A stretch of DNA of 64,000 nt from Acidobacteriota bacterium (GCA_025456425.1 JALOKP010000026.1:3846-67845); one strand, 5' to 3'. Positions 9,336 through 18,276 are shown, numbered from the stretch's first letter. The notes: generated from the sequence alone by a model not told the origin. Translations and numbers: made by a program.

Positions 9336-11111
9336 ATGGCGCAGGGTCGGATGCGCGCGGGATCGGGACAGGCGGTGGCGTGGGCGGCGGCGCTCGTGGC
9401 GCTGGCGGCCGCGGGGTGCGGCGACGGCCGCGAGCGGGGGGGCGGCGCGAACGGAGCGGCCGGCCCGGCGCCGGTCGCGGGCGGGACGCTGGTGGTCGGG
9501 ATCAAGGCCGATCCCGACTCGCTCAACCCCTACCTGGCGCGGCAGTCCGAGTCGCTGCTGATCGCCAGCCGCGTGCTGCCGCGGCTGTGGCGCGAGGTCC
9601 TGCCCGGCGACGCCGAGCCCGCCGGGCTGAAGCCCGAACTCGTCGCCGGCGAGCCGCGCTTCGAGGACGGCGGGAAGACCGTGCGCCTCGAACTGCGCGG
9701 CGACGCGGCCTGGAGCGACGGCGCGCCCGTCACGTGCGAGGACGTGCGCTTCACCTGGCAGGCCCAGGTCGACCCGGCGCTCGGCTGGCGGGCGGCCTCG
9801 ATCAAGCGCCACATCGCGTCCATCGAATGCGCCGACGCGCGTACGGTGGTGGCGCGCTTCGACCGCGCGTATCCCGGGATGCTGGTCGACCTGAACGACC
9901 TGCACATCCTGCCACGGTCGCTCGCGACGCTGCCTCGCGACGGCTGGCGGCAGGTCGACTGGGCAGTGCAACTGCCGGCCGCCGGCCCCTACCGGATCGA
10001 GCGCGCCGCGGCCGGGCAGGAGGTCGTGCTGGCCCGCAATCCGTCGTACCGCGGTGAGGCCGGGCTGCCGCGCCTCGACCGGATCGTCTTCCGCGTCGTT
10101 CCCGACACGACCGCGCGGCTGACGCAGCTTCTGGCCGGCGACCTCGACCTGGTCGACGGCGTCCCGGCGACGAACGCCGCGCTCCGCGCGGCGGGGACCG
10201 GGATCGCGCTCGTGACGCGGCCGGGCTGGGGCTACACCTACCTGGGGTGGATGGACCTCGATCCGGCCGCCTACCGCGCGTACCGGGCCGGGCGCGAGGC
10301 GGCCTGCCGGGCCGCGAAGCAGGAGAACTGCCCCGACGAGGCCGCGGCGGTGGCCCGGCTCGCCGCCGAGCGGCCGCACCCGCTGTTCGGCGACCGGCGC
10401 GTGCGCCAGGCGATGACGATGGCGATCGACCGCCCGGCACTGGTCGACACCCTGCTGGCGGGGCAGGGCGAGGTCCCGGCCAGCCCGATCCTCGCGCCGC
10501 TGCCCGAGCACGACGCGTCGCTGGCCGCGGCGCCGCGTGATCCGGCGCGGGCGCGGGCCCTCTTGGCCGAGGCCGGGTTCGCGGATCGCGACGGCGACGG
10601 CACGCTGGACCGGAACGGGCGGCCCTTCGCCTTCGAGCTGGCGGTGCAGGCCGGCAACGCGCAGCGCCGCGACGCGGCGGTGCTGGTCCAGCGCGACCTC
10701 GCGGCGCTGGGGATCGCGGTCACGATCCGTCCGGTCGAGGACTCGGCCTTCTTCGCCACGCTCGGCGCGCGCGGGGCCGACGCCTGGATCGGCCGCTGGT
10801 CGGTGCCGGGCCGCGTCGACATGGTCGAGCTGCTGCACGGGGAGGCCTGCGGGACCGGCGGCCTCAACTTCGGGGCCTGGAGCGAGCCGGAGGCCGACCG
10901 GCTGGCGCTGGCGGCGCGCGAAGAGTCCGATCCCGACCGCCGCGCCGCGCTGTGGCGCGCGTGGGAGCGGATCTTCGTCGCCGAGCAGCCCTACTCGCTG
11001 CTCTTCCGCGAGGCCCGGCTGACCGCGGTGCGCGACCGCGTGCGCGGCGCGGAGTCGCTGCTGGCCAACGACCCGCTCAACGGGGTGGAGGGCTGGTGGC
11101 TCGCACCGTAG
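9336..11111 (+). CDS. Peptide/nickel ABC substrate-binding lipoprotein (SBP family 5, OppA/DppA-like)
   Basis: Lipobox AAAGC, DPDSLNP, WSDGAPVTCEDVRFTW, GPYRI, VRQAMTMAIDR. Start uncertain. Confidence 0.9.
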   Translation: MAQGRMRAGSGQAVAWAAALVALAAAGCGDGRERGGGANGAAGPAPVAGGTLVVGIKADPDSLNPYLARQSESLLIASRVLPRLWREVLPGDAEPAGLKPELVAGEPRFEDGGKTVRLELRGDAAWSDGAPVTCEDVRFTWQAQVDPALGWRAASIKRHIASIECADARTVVARFDRAYPGMLVDLNDLHILPRSLATLPRDGWRQVDWAVQLPAAGPYRIERAAAGQEVVLARNPSYRGEAGLPRLDRIVFRVVPDTTARLTQLLAGDLDLVDGVPATNAALRAAGTGIALVTRPGWGYTYLGWMDLDPAAYRAYRAGREAACRAAKQENCPDEAAAVARLAAERPHPLFGDRRVRQAMTMAIDRPALVDTLLAGQGEVPASPILAPLPEHDASLAAAPRDPARARALLAEAGFADRDGDGTLDRNGRPFAFELAVQAGNAQRRDAAVLVQRDLAALGIAVTIRPVEDSAFFATLGARGADAWIGRWSVPGRVDMVELLHGEACGTGGLNFGAWSEPEADRLALAAREESDPDRRAALWRAWERIFVAEQPYSLLFREARLTAVRDRVRGAESLLANDPLNGVEGWWLAP

Positions 11112-12081
11112 GCTCGAGCGCCGCGCGAGCGCGGTCGCCCAGGTAGTTGGCGGCCAGCACCGCCGCGGCCAGCGCGAGCCCGGGCAGGGTCGAGACCCAC
11201 CAGGCCTCGAGCAGCACTTCTCTGCCGTCGGCGATGATGTTGCCCCACGAGGGGTGCGGCGGCGGCACGCCGAAGCCGAGGAACGACAGCGAGGCCTCGA
11301 CCAGGAGGTAGCTCCCGGCGCGCAGCGCGGCGGCGACGATCAGCGTCGGCAGCACGGCGGGCAGCGCGTGAACCAGCGCGCGGCGCAGCGGCCCGGCCCC
11401 CGCCGCGCGCGCCGCGGCGAGCAGCCCGGAGCGCGCGGCGACGCGCGCGTCGGCGCGCACCAGCCGCGCCAGCGCGGGCCAGCCGGTCAGCGCCAGCAGC
11501 GCCGCGAGCACCCCTGCCGACGGCGCGAGCCAGGCGGCCAGCACCATCACCAGGACGATCCGCGGGAACGACAGGACCGCGTCGCCGGCCCGCGAGAGCA
11601 GCGCGTCGACCAGCCCGCCGGCGAGCCCGGCCGCGAGCCCGATCGCCAGCGCCAGCAACGCCGCGCCCAGGATCCCCGCCAGTCCGATCGCCAGCGAGAC
11701 CCGCGCCCCCGCGGCGATCCGCGAGAGCAGGTCGCGCCCGAAGCCGTCGGTGCCGAGCGGAAAGCGCAGCGTCGTCAGCCGCGGCGCGCCGGCGGCATCG
11801 CGCGCCAGCGCGGCCAGCGGCACGCGTCGTTCGGCTCCGCCGCGCAGCCGGGCGATGATCTCGTCCCCGTCGAGGCGCCAGGCCGAACCCGGCCCCCGCG
11901 CGTCGAGCGGCAGCAGCGCGCCGTCGGACCCGACCAGCGCCGGCACGCGCGAGCCGGGCGGCAGCAGCCGGAGCGCCGCGGGCGACGCGCTGGCCAGCGG
12001 ATCGGCCGGCGCCAGCAGCGGGCCCAGCAGGCCGGCCGTCAGCACCGCCGCCGAGAGCGCCAGCGGGGCCGTGTGCCTCAC
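11077..12081 (-). CDS. Peptide ABC permease (OppC/DppC-like)
   Basis: GTG start overlapping the upstream stop; PLGTDGFGRDLLSRI, EASLSFLGFGVPPPHPSWG. Confidence 0.9.
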   Translation of the reverse strand: MRHTAPLALSAAVLTAGLLGPLLAPADPLASASPAALRLLPPGSRVPALVGSDGALLPLDARGPGSAWRLDGDEIIARLRGGAERRVPLAALARDAAGAPRLTTLRFPLGTDGFGRDLLSRIAAGARVSLAIGLAGILGAALLALAIGLAAGLAGGLVDALLSRAGDAVLSFPRIVLVMVLAAWLAPSAGVLAALLALTGWPALARLVRADARVAARSGLLAAARAAGAGPLRRALVHALPAVLPTLIVAAALRAGSYLLVEASLSFLGFGVPPPHPSWGNIIADGREVLLEAWWVSTLPGLALAAAVLAANYLGDRARAALEPTVRATSPPPR

Positions 12082-13088
12082 CGCGGCGGCTCCTCGCGCA
12101 GCCGCGGGTCGGCGCGGCGGGCGAGCAGCTCGGCAAGCGCGCCCCCGGCCAGCACGAGCAGGGCGTAGAGCAGCAGCGAGCCGAGAGCGAGCGGGGCGTC
12201 GCGCGCCAGCAGCGCGCGCTGCGTGAGCGATCCCAGCCCGGGCCACGAGAAGACGACCTCGACCACCGCCGCGCCGCCGACCAGGGCCGGGAGCCCCAGA
12301 CCGAGCAGGACCAGCGCCGGCTGGAGCGCGGCGCGGAAGGCGTGGTGCCAGATCACCCGGCGCTCGGGCACGCCGAGCGCGCGCGCGGTCGCCGCGGCCG
12401 GCGAGGCGAGGGCGCGGCGCATCGCGTCCCACTGGTGGCGCGCGACCGCCGCCGCAGACGGGAGCGCGAGCACCCCCATCGGGAGCGCGAGGTGCGCGAG
12501 CAGGTCGAGCGGCGCGGCGGGTCCTGATCCCGCCGGCGAGCGCATGTGCGAGGCCGGCAGCCAGCCCAGCTTCCAGGCAAAGGCCAGGATCGCGACCAGG
12601 CCGAGCCAGAACGGGGGCGCCGCATCGAGCGCCGGCAGCCCGAAGCGCACCGCCCACGCGGCGAGCCCGCGCGGCCGCGCGGCGGCGCGGGTGCCGAGCG
12701 CGATCCCCAGCGCGAAGGCGGCCGCGAGCGCGGTCCCCGACAGCAGCAGGGTCGGGCCGAGCGCCTCGCCGAGCACGGCCGCGACCGGTCGCGAGCGGCT
12801 GAGCGAGGTCCCCAGGTCGCCCCGCAGCAGGCCGCGAAGGTAGCGCGCGAAGCGCTCCGGGGCCGGCCGGTCGAGCCCCAGCGCGGCCTCGAGCCGGGCC
12901 CGGTCCGCGGCCGAGACGGAGGGATCGTCGCCCGGGCCGACCGCGCTGCCCGGCGCCGCCTCCAGCAGCACGAAGACCAGGACCAGGACGAGCAGGAGCG
13001 TGACCAGCCACGCGCCGGCCCGCCGCAGGACCCGGGCCGCGCGCCGGCCGCGCCTGCCCCACACCGTCTCGGTGTCCCGTTCGGCCAT
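12078..13088 (-). CDS. Peptide ABC permease (OppB/DppB-like)
   Basis: GLDRP...GDLGTS, PFWLG, ARALG, VVEVVFSWPGLG, DPRLR. Confidence 0.9.
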   Translation of the reverse strand: MAERDTETVWGRRGRRAARVLRRAGAWLVTLLLVLVLVFVLLEAAPGSAVGPGDDPSVSAADRARLEAALGLDRPAPERFARYLRGLLRGDLGTSLSRSRPVAAVLGEALGPTLLLSGTALAAAFALGIALGTRAAARPRGLAAWAVRFGLPALDAAPPFWLGLVAILAFAWKLGWLPASHMRSPAGSGPAAPLDLLAHLALPMGVLALPSAAAVARHQWDAMRRALASPAAATARALGVPERRVIWHHAFRAALQPALVLLGLGLPALVGGAAVVEVVFSWPGLGSLTQRALLARDAPLALGSLLLYALLVLAGGALAELLARRADPRLREEPPR

Positions 13089-13187
13089 CCCTGCCCGTCC
13101 TCCGCGCCACGCGCCGGCGCCGGCGGCCGCACGCCGGTACCTGCGAACCGAGACGATACAAGGCATACGGCCCCGGGCGCGCCCCCC

Positions 13188-13366
13188 CCACCGTGGCCGC
13201 GAGCCTGTTGGCGCGGTCCCCCAAATGCCAGTTCCGGCGCGGCTTCTCACCGATCCCCTGAGGACGCCGGCGGCGTGCCTCCTGCCGGCGGGCGCCTCCC
13301 CCCGCCGCTTTCCGCCGGCCGGGGCCGCAGGCGCGCCCGTCACCAACATTCTTGCGGCCACCGTGG
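13188..13366. repeat. 179-bp element bounded by 26-bp imperfect inverted repeats (copy 1)
   Basis: CCACCGTGGCCGCGAGCCTGTTGGCG (13188-13213) and CACCAACATTCTTGCGGCCACCGTGG (13341-13366) are 21/26 complementary; the same ends recur at 55841-56017. Confidence 0.85.
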
Positions 13367-13468
13367 ATTCGCCTCGCCTTCGACGCCGTATTCCGAGCGT
13401 GCCCCCCGTCCGCCCGATCCCTAGATTGTCCGTAGCGTCCGCTCCCGATCCGGGCGGCGAGGTGAGGC

Positions 13469-15817
13469 GTGCTGCAGTCCGGGTTCAACCGTGCGACCAC
13501 CGCCTTCGTCGCGGTGCTGCTCGGCGTCTCGCTGCTTGCGGCGGGGTCGCTGGCCCCCGGCCTGTCGCGGCTCACATCGGCCGATCTGACCGCGCTCGGC
13601 ACCTTCCTCGGGGTCGGGATCTTCTGGTCGCTGCTCACCTTCAAGGTCGCGCGCCAGCGCGGCGGCCGGGTCGCGGTCTGGCTGGCCCCCGTCGCCTACC
13701 AGGCGCTGCTGCCGGTGGCCGACCCGTCGGCTGCGATCGTCGTCGCCGCGATCCTGCCGCTGGTCGACTGGGCGATGCACCGGCGCCAGGCGACGATCGG
13801 GTTGTTCAACCTCGCGCAGGCGCTGCTCGGCGTCTTCGCGGCCTCGAAAGTCGTGGCGCTGCTCGATCCGCTGCCCGACGACCTGACCTCGATCGCGCTC
13901 GCCGCGCTGGCCGGCGCGACGCTCTGCTCGCTCACGACCTTCGCGACCCTCCCGACCGTGATCAAGCTCGCCACCGGCCGCAGCCCGAAGGACAGCGGCA
14001 TCTTCTCGTGGACGACCACGATCAACGAGGCGGTCACCGGGAGCTTCTCGGCCCTGACCGCCGTGATGTGGTCGATCCACCCGCTGCTGCTGGCCCTTTC
14101 GGTCCTGCCGCTCACGCTGGTCTTCCTGCTGCTCTCGCGGCTCGAGTCGCGCGAGGCCTCGCTGCGCCAGGAGATCGTCGAGCGCGAACGGGCCGAACTG
14201 GAACTGCGCCGCGCCAAGGATGCGGCCGAGGCGGCGAGCCAGGCCAAGAGCGACTTCCTGGCCCGGATGAGCCACGAGATCCGGACCCCGATGAACGGGA
14301 TCGTCGGGATGGCCGGGCTGCTGCGCGAGACCCCGCTCGACCGCGAGCAGCAGGAGTACCTCGACATCTGCCTGCGCTCGGCCGACTCGCTGCTCTTCCT
14401 GATCGACCAGATCCTCGACCTCTCGCGGGTCGAGGCCGGCAAGCTGGAACTCGACCCGCAGCCGTTCGCGCTGCGGGCCTGGCTGGGGGACCTGCTGCGA
14501 GTGCACGCCACGCTGGCGCACGGCAAGGGGCTCGACCTGGCCTGGTTCGTCGCGCCCGAGGTGCCCGACGCGCTGGTCGCCGACACGCTGCGCCTGCGCC
14601 AGGTCGTGATGAATCTGGTCGCCAACGCGATCAAGTTCACGCGCGAAGGCGAGGTCGTCGTGCGGGTCGCGTTGGACCAAAGCGCGGGGGACGAAGTCCG
14701 GCTGCACTTCACCGTGCGCGACACCGGGATGGGGATCGAGCCGGAGAAGCAGCAGCTGATCTTCGAGGCCTTCACCCAGGCCGAGCGCTACATGACGCGC
14801 CAGCACGGCGGCGCCGGGCTGGGGCTCGCGATCTCGGCCCAGCTGGTGCGGCTGTGGGGCGGCTCGATCTGGGTCGAGAGCGTCCCGGGCAGCGGCAGCA
14901 CCTTCCACGTCACGCTCCCCTGCGCGGTGCGGGAGCCGACCGGGCCGGCCGCGCCGCGTCCGGACGGCGCGGGGCGGTGCGTGCTGGTGCTCGACGCGCA
15001 CGCGGCGAGCCGCGCGGCCAACGCCGAGGCGCTGGGCGCAGCCGGTTTCGCGGCCGTCACCTCTGCCGGGGCGACCGAGGCGCTCGGGCTGCTGGTCGAC
15101 GCCACCGCGGCCGGGCGGCCCTTCGAGGCGCTGGTGGTCGACGCCGGGCTGCCCGACCCCGGGCCGGCCGCCTTCCTCGACCGCGTCCGCGCCCTGACCT
15201 CCGGCCCGCCGGCGCCGGTCGTGCTGACGACGACGGCCGACATCCGGCCGTCCGGCGCGGGGGGCGAGATCGAACCCTTCGCGCGCGTGATGAAGCCCGC
15301 GCTCTGGAACCAGCTCGCCGGAGCGGTCGCCGCCGCGCTCGACGACACCGACGCCGGCACGGGCCGGGCGCCGGGTGCCGAGGCCGAGCGGGCGGGGGCG
15401 CGCGCGGTGGTGCCGAGCGCTGTCGCGGGCGCGCCGCTCGAGATCCTGCTGGCCGAGGACAACCCGGTGAACCGCACGCTCGCGGTGCGGCTGCTCGAGC
15501 GCCGCGGGCACCGTGTCGCCTGCGCGGCCAACGGCGTCGAGGCGGTCGAGCTCTGGAAGGCGCGCGCCGTCGACCTGGTGCTGATGGACGTGCAGATGCC
15601 GGAGATGGACGGGCTGGCCGCGACTCGCGCGATCCGCGAGCTGGAAGGCGGGGCCGGCCGTCGCACGCCGATCGTTGCGGTCACCGCGCACGCCTCGGCC
15701 GAGGACCGGGTGCGCTGCCTGGAGGCCGGGATGGACGGGTTCCTCGCCAAGCCGATCCAGGCGGCGGAGCTGCACCGCGTGCTGGCCGAGGCCGCGGCCG
15801 GGCTGCAGCCGGCCTAG
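13469..15817 (+). CDS. Hybrid sensor histidine kinase with ~6-7 TM integral-membrane sensor, HisKA, HATPase and two receiver domains
   Basis: GAGGTGAGG RBS and GTG; hydrophobic N-terminal ~215 aa containing [50 protein letters not shown]...LMDVQMP...KP. Confidence 0.93.
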   Translation: MLQSGFNRATTAFVAVLLGVSLLAAGSLAPGLSRLTSADLTALGTFLGVGIFWSLLTFKVARQRGGRVAVWLAPVAYQALLPVADPSAAIVVAAILPLVDWAMHRRQATIGLFNLAQALLGVFAASKVVALLDPLPDDLTSIALAALAGATLCSLTTFATLPTVIKLATGRSPKDSGIFSWTTTINEAVTGSFSALTAVMWSIHPLLLALSVLPLTLVFLLLSRLESREASLRQEIVERERAELELRRAKDAAEAASQAKSDFLARMSHEIRTPMNGIVGMAGLLRETPLDREQQEYLDICLRSADSLLFLIDQILDLSRVEAGKLELDPQPFALRAWLGDLLRVHATLAHGKGLDLAWFVAPEVPDALVADTLRLRQVVMNLVANAIKFTREGEVVVRVALDQSAGDEVRLHFTVRDTGMGIEPEKQQLIFEAFTQAERYMTRQHGGAGLGLAISAQLVRLWGGSIWVESVPGSGSTFHVTLPCAVREPTGPAAPRPDGAGRCVLVLDAHAASRAANAEALGAAGFAAVTSAGATEALGLLVDATAAGRPFEALVVDAGLPDPGPAAFLDRVRALTSGPPAPVVLTTTADIRPSGAGGEIEPFARVMKPALWNQLAGAVAAALDDTDAGTGRAPGAEAERAGARAVVPSAVAGAPLEILLAEDNPVNRTLAVRLLERRGHRVACAANGVEAVELWKARAVDLVLMDVQMPEMDGLAATRAIRELEGGAGRRTPIVAVTAHASAEDRVRCLEAGMDGFLAKPIQAAELHRVLAEAAAGLQPA

Positions 15818-15828
15818 CCTCCGCGCCG

Positions 15829-15865
15829 AAAAGAAGCGGGCGCCGGCCCGGAGGCCGGCGCCCGT
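15829..15865 (-). terminator. Rho-independent terminator of the S8 peptidase gene
   Basis: 13-bp GC stem (15836-15848 with 15853-15865), 4-nt loop, then TTCTTTT on the minus strand. Confidence 0.8.
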
Positions 15866-15891
15866 CAGCCAGCAAGGGGCGCCGAAGTGGG

Positions 15892-17886
15892 TCAGTCGCC
15901 CCAGAGGATCCCGTCGCCCCAGAGGATGCCGTCGCCCCAGAGGATGCCGTCGCCCCAGAGGATCCCGTCGCCCCAGAGGATGCCGTCGCCCCAGAGGATC
16001 CCGTCCGGCGCGAGCGTGCCGTCGCCCCAGAGGATCCCGTCGCCCCAGAGGATTCCGTCGGCGCCGAAGGTCGTGCTGTCGCCCCAGAGGATGCCGTCGC
16101 CCCAGAGGATCCCGTCCGAGCCGCGGCGCAGCGCTTCCTCGCGCGCGTCGGCCGGGGCGTGGTTGATGTCGCCCCACAGGATGCCGTCGCCCCAGAGGAT
16201 CCCGTCGCCGGCGACCGAGGCGTCGCCCCAGAGGATCCCGTCGCCCCAGAGGATCCCGTCGCCCCAGAGGATCCCCTCGCCGCCGACCTTGCCGTCGCCC
16301 CAGCGCACGCCCTTCGCGCGGTAGAGGCGGTCGCCGAAGTACCAGCCGTCGCAGTAGACGACGCGCCGGCCGGCCCGGGCGGAGAGGCCGGCGATCGTCG
16401 TCGCCAGCGCGGTGCGGCGCAGGTCGATCCCCGGGGCCGCCGCGGCCCCGAACGCCAGCGCACCCGGGTTGGCCACGAGCTGCTTCGCGACGCTCACGGC
16501 CAGGCTCGCGTTGAGCAGGCCGGCGCCCTGGTCGAGGAACGAGGCGTCCGGCAGCTCCTCGGCGGTGTACAGCAGGATCGACTTGGCCAGCGCCGGGGTC
16601 AGGTCGGGGCGCGCCTGCAGCATCAGCGCCACCGTGCCTGCGACGACCGGCGCCGCCATCGAGGTCCCGGAGAGCTCGAGGTAGCTCGCTCCGCGGGTCA
16701 GTTCGGGGTGCTCGAGCGCGAGCCGGCTGCGCGGAGCCTGCAGCGAGACCAGCCGGTTGCCCGGGGCCACCAGGTCGGGCTTCATCAGGTTGTCGTAGCG
16801 CCGCTCCTCCGGCTCGGAGGTTCCGTCGCCGTCGAGGTCGCGCTCGCGGTACGAGCGGGTCGGCCCGCGCGAAGAGTAGCTGGCGACGCCGTCGTCGGAC
16901 CGTTCGTCGGTCTGGAAGCTATTCGCGGCGCCGACGGTGATCACCTTCGGCGCGTTGGCCGGCGAGAGGATCCCGCCGTAGATCTTCGTCCCGTCCTCCA
17001 GCTTGCCGTGGTTGCCGGCCGCGACCACGACCACCAGGCCGGCGTCGACCAGCTTCTCGACCGCTCGGCAGAGTGGGTCGGTCTCGAACGACTCCTTTGG
17101 CGCCGTCCCGACCGAGAGGTTGACGACGCGGATCCCGTAACGGTCCTTGTTGGCCAGCGTCCAGGCCAGGCCCTGCAGCAGGCCGTCGAGCGAGCCGGTG
17201 CCGTCGCTCTTCAGCACCCGGAGGTCGGCCAGCATCGCCTGCGGCGCCGCGCCGGCGAGCGGCCGGCCCATCGGTGCGAGCGCGCCGTTGCCGGCGATCA
17301 GGCCGGCGACGTGCGAGCCATGGCCGTAGGGGTCGCGCTGCGTCGAGGCCTCGCCGGTGAAGTCGGCGCGGGCCACGATCCGGCTGGCGTTCCCGTTCCT
17401 CAGCGCGGCGTGGTCGGTGATCCCGGAGTCGAGCACCGCGACCGTCACGCCGCGGCCGTCGAGGCCGGCGAGCTGCGCGATGCCGGTCGTCGTCCGCACG
17501 TGGCCTTCGATGGCCGGCGCGACCTGCGTCGCGAGCAGGGGACGGTTCGGCACGACGTACTTCACCGACGAACTGGCCGCGAGCGAGCCCAGCCGCGACG
17601 AGAGTGCCGAGCCCGGCAGGTCGAGCACGACGAGGCCGAACTCGGGGATGGTGACGGCCCGGGTTGCGCCGGTCGCCGCGGCGAGCGTGTTCACGCTGGC
17701 GCCCGGGGTCAGGTCGACGATCACGCGCATCGAGGAGGAGGAAGCGACGAGCTCGGCCTCGGCCGCGAGGTCGGGGGCCTGTTTCTCGGTGAGGGTGGTC
17801 TGCGCGAACGCCGTCGCCCCGGCACAGACGACGAGGGCGAGCAGCGCGAGTCCCATCCTGGGGTGGCGCCTTGTCCTCGTGAACAT
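15892..17886 (-). CDS. Secreted S8 (subtilisin-like) serine peptidase with C-terminal GILWGD repeat tail
   Basis: AGGAG RBS; signal peptide and prodomain; triad VAVLDSG / YGHGSHVAG / SGTSMAAP, oxyanion AAGN; 15 GILWGD units at the C-terminus. Confidence 0.93.
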   Translation of the reverse strand: MFTRTRRHPRMGLALLALVVCAGATAFAQTTLTEKQAPDLAAEAELVASSSSMRVIVDLTPGASVNTLAAATGATRAVTIPEFGLVVLDLPGSALSSRLGSLAASSSVKYVVPNRPLLATQVAPAIEGHVRTTTGIAQLAGLDGRGVTVAVLDSGITDHAALRNGNASRIVARADFTGEASTQRDPYGHGSHVAGLIAGNGALAPMGRPLAGAAPQAMLADLRVLKSDGTGSLDGLLQGLAWTLANKDRYGIRVVNLSVGTAPKESFETDPLCRAVEKLVDAGLVVVVAAGNHGKLEDGTKIYGGILSPANAPKVITVGAANSFQTDERSDDGVASYSSRGPTRSYRERDLDGDGTSEPEERRYDNLMKPDLVAPGNRLVSLQAPRSRLALEHPELTRGASYLELSGTSMAAPVVAGTVALMLQARPDLTPALAKSILLYTAEELPDASFLDQGAGLLNASLAVSVAKQLVANPGALAFGAAAAPGIDLRRTALATTIAGLSARAGRRVVYCDGWYFGDRLYRAKGVRWGDGKVGGEGILWGDGILWGDGILWGDASVAGDGILWGDGILWGDINHAPADAREEALRRGSDGILWGDGILWGDSTTFGADGILWGDGILWGDGTLAPDGILWGDGILWGDGILWGDGILWGDGILWGDGILWGD
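15895..16311 (-). repeat. Coding 18-bp repeat (GILWGD) in blocks of 3+2+2+2+6, plus one GVRWGD
   Basis: Unit GTCGCCCCAGAGGAT(C/G)CC on the + strand; six tandem copies at 15895-16002 with only synonymous variation. Confidence 0.97.
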
Positions 17887-17940
17887 CGATCCGCTCCTGC
17901 GCGCAGCCACTCGGGTAGGCCGCGACCGAGCTTCATGAAG

Positions 17941-17955
17941 GCAAGGGCCGTGCCG
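17941..17955 (-). promoter_or_regulatory. Putative sigma54 (-24/-12) promoter of the S8 peptidase
   Basis: CGGCACGGCCCTTGC on the minus strand gives GG-N10-GC, matching YTGGCACG-N4-TTGC, about 55 bp before the start codon. Confidence 0.7.
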
Positions 17956-18023
17956 CGGACAGGCGCGGAGCAGCGCGGCGGCGCGGGGACGGCCCGCGAC
18001 AGCGTCCCGCGACGGCCTGTCCG

Positions 18024-18047
18024 GTCACTTTGTCCGACCCCGTGACA
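18024..18047. promoter_or_regulatory. Candidate enhancer (bEBP) sites
   Basis: Overlapping dyads GTC-N9-GAC (18024-18038) and TGTC-N9-GACA (18031-18047), 70-90 bp upstream of the sigma54 motif. Confidence 0.4.
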
Positions 18048-18131
18048 CGGCTTGGCACACTCCCGGCCGGATCGGTAATCCCCCGAAGTGCCCGATCCGC
18101 GGGGGTTTCGGGGGAGCCGAAGATTCGGTGC

Positions 18132-18160
18132 TTGACGCCGCCCGGTGCTCGCGGTAACCC
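18132..18160 (+). promoter_or_regulatory. Putative sigma70 promoter of the trp operon
   Basis: TTGACG-N17-TAACCC ending 9 nt before the leader ATG. Confidence 0.6.
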
Positions 18161-18169
18161 TTGCCGCAG

Positions 18170-18256
18170 ATGACGACACAGCGTGACGCGATCGATCTCG
18201 CCGCCGCCGGCTGGTGGTGGACCGCCTTCATCGAGGTGGCCCCGGCCCGGGACTGA
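18170..18256 (+). CDS. trpL: trp operon leader peptide MTTQRDAIDLAAAGWWWTAFIEVAPARD (28 aa)
   Basis: Three tandem TGG codons (18212-18220), directly upstream of the attenuator and trpE. Confidence 0.9.
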   Translation: MTTQRDAIDLAAAGWWWTAFIEVAPARD

Positions 18257-18276
18257 TCGCGCACCATCGACCGGCC

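Noticed and set aside
15895..16275. Repeat cluster as a CRISPR array
   Set aside because: Units are 18 bp, mostly directly tandem, in frame, vary only synonymously, and there are no cas genes.
15887..16324. + strand ORF with SPQRIP repeats (and the APEDPV repeats in ORF 13000-18045)
   Set aside because: Antisense shadows of the GILWGD tail; variation is synonymous only in the peptidase frame.
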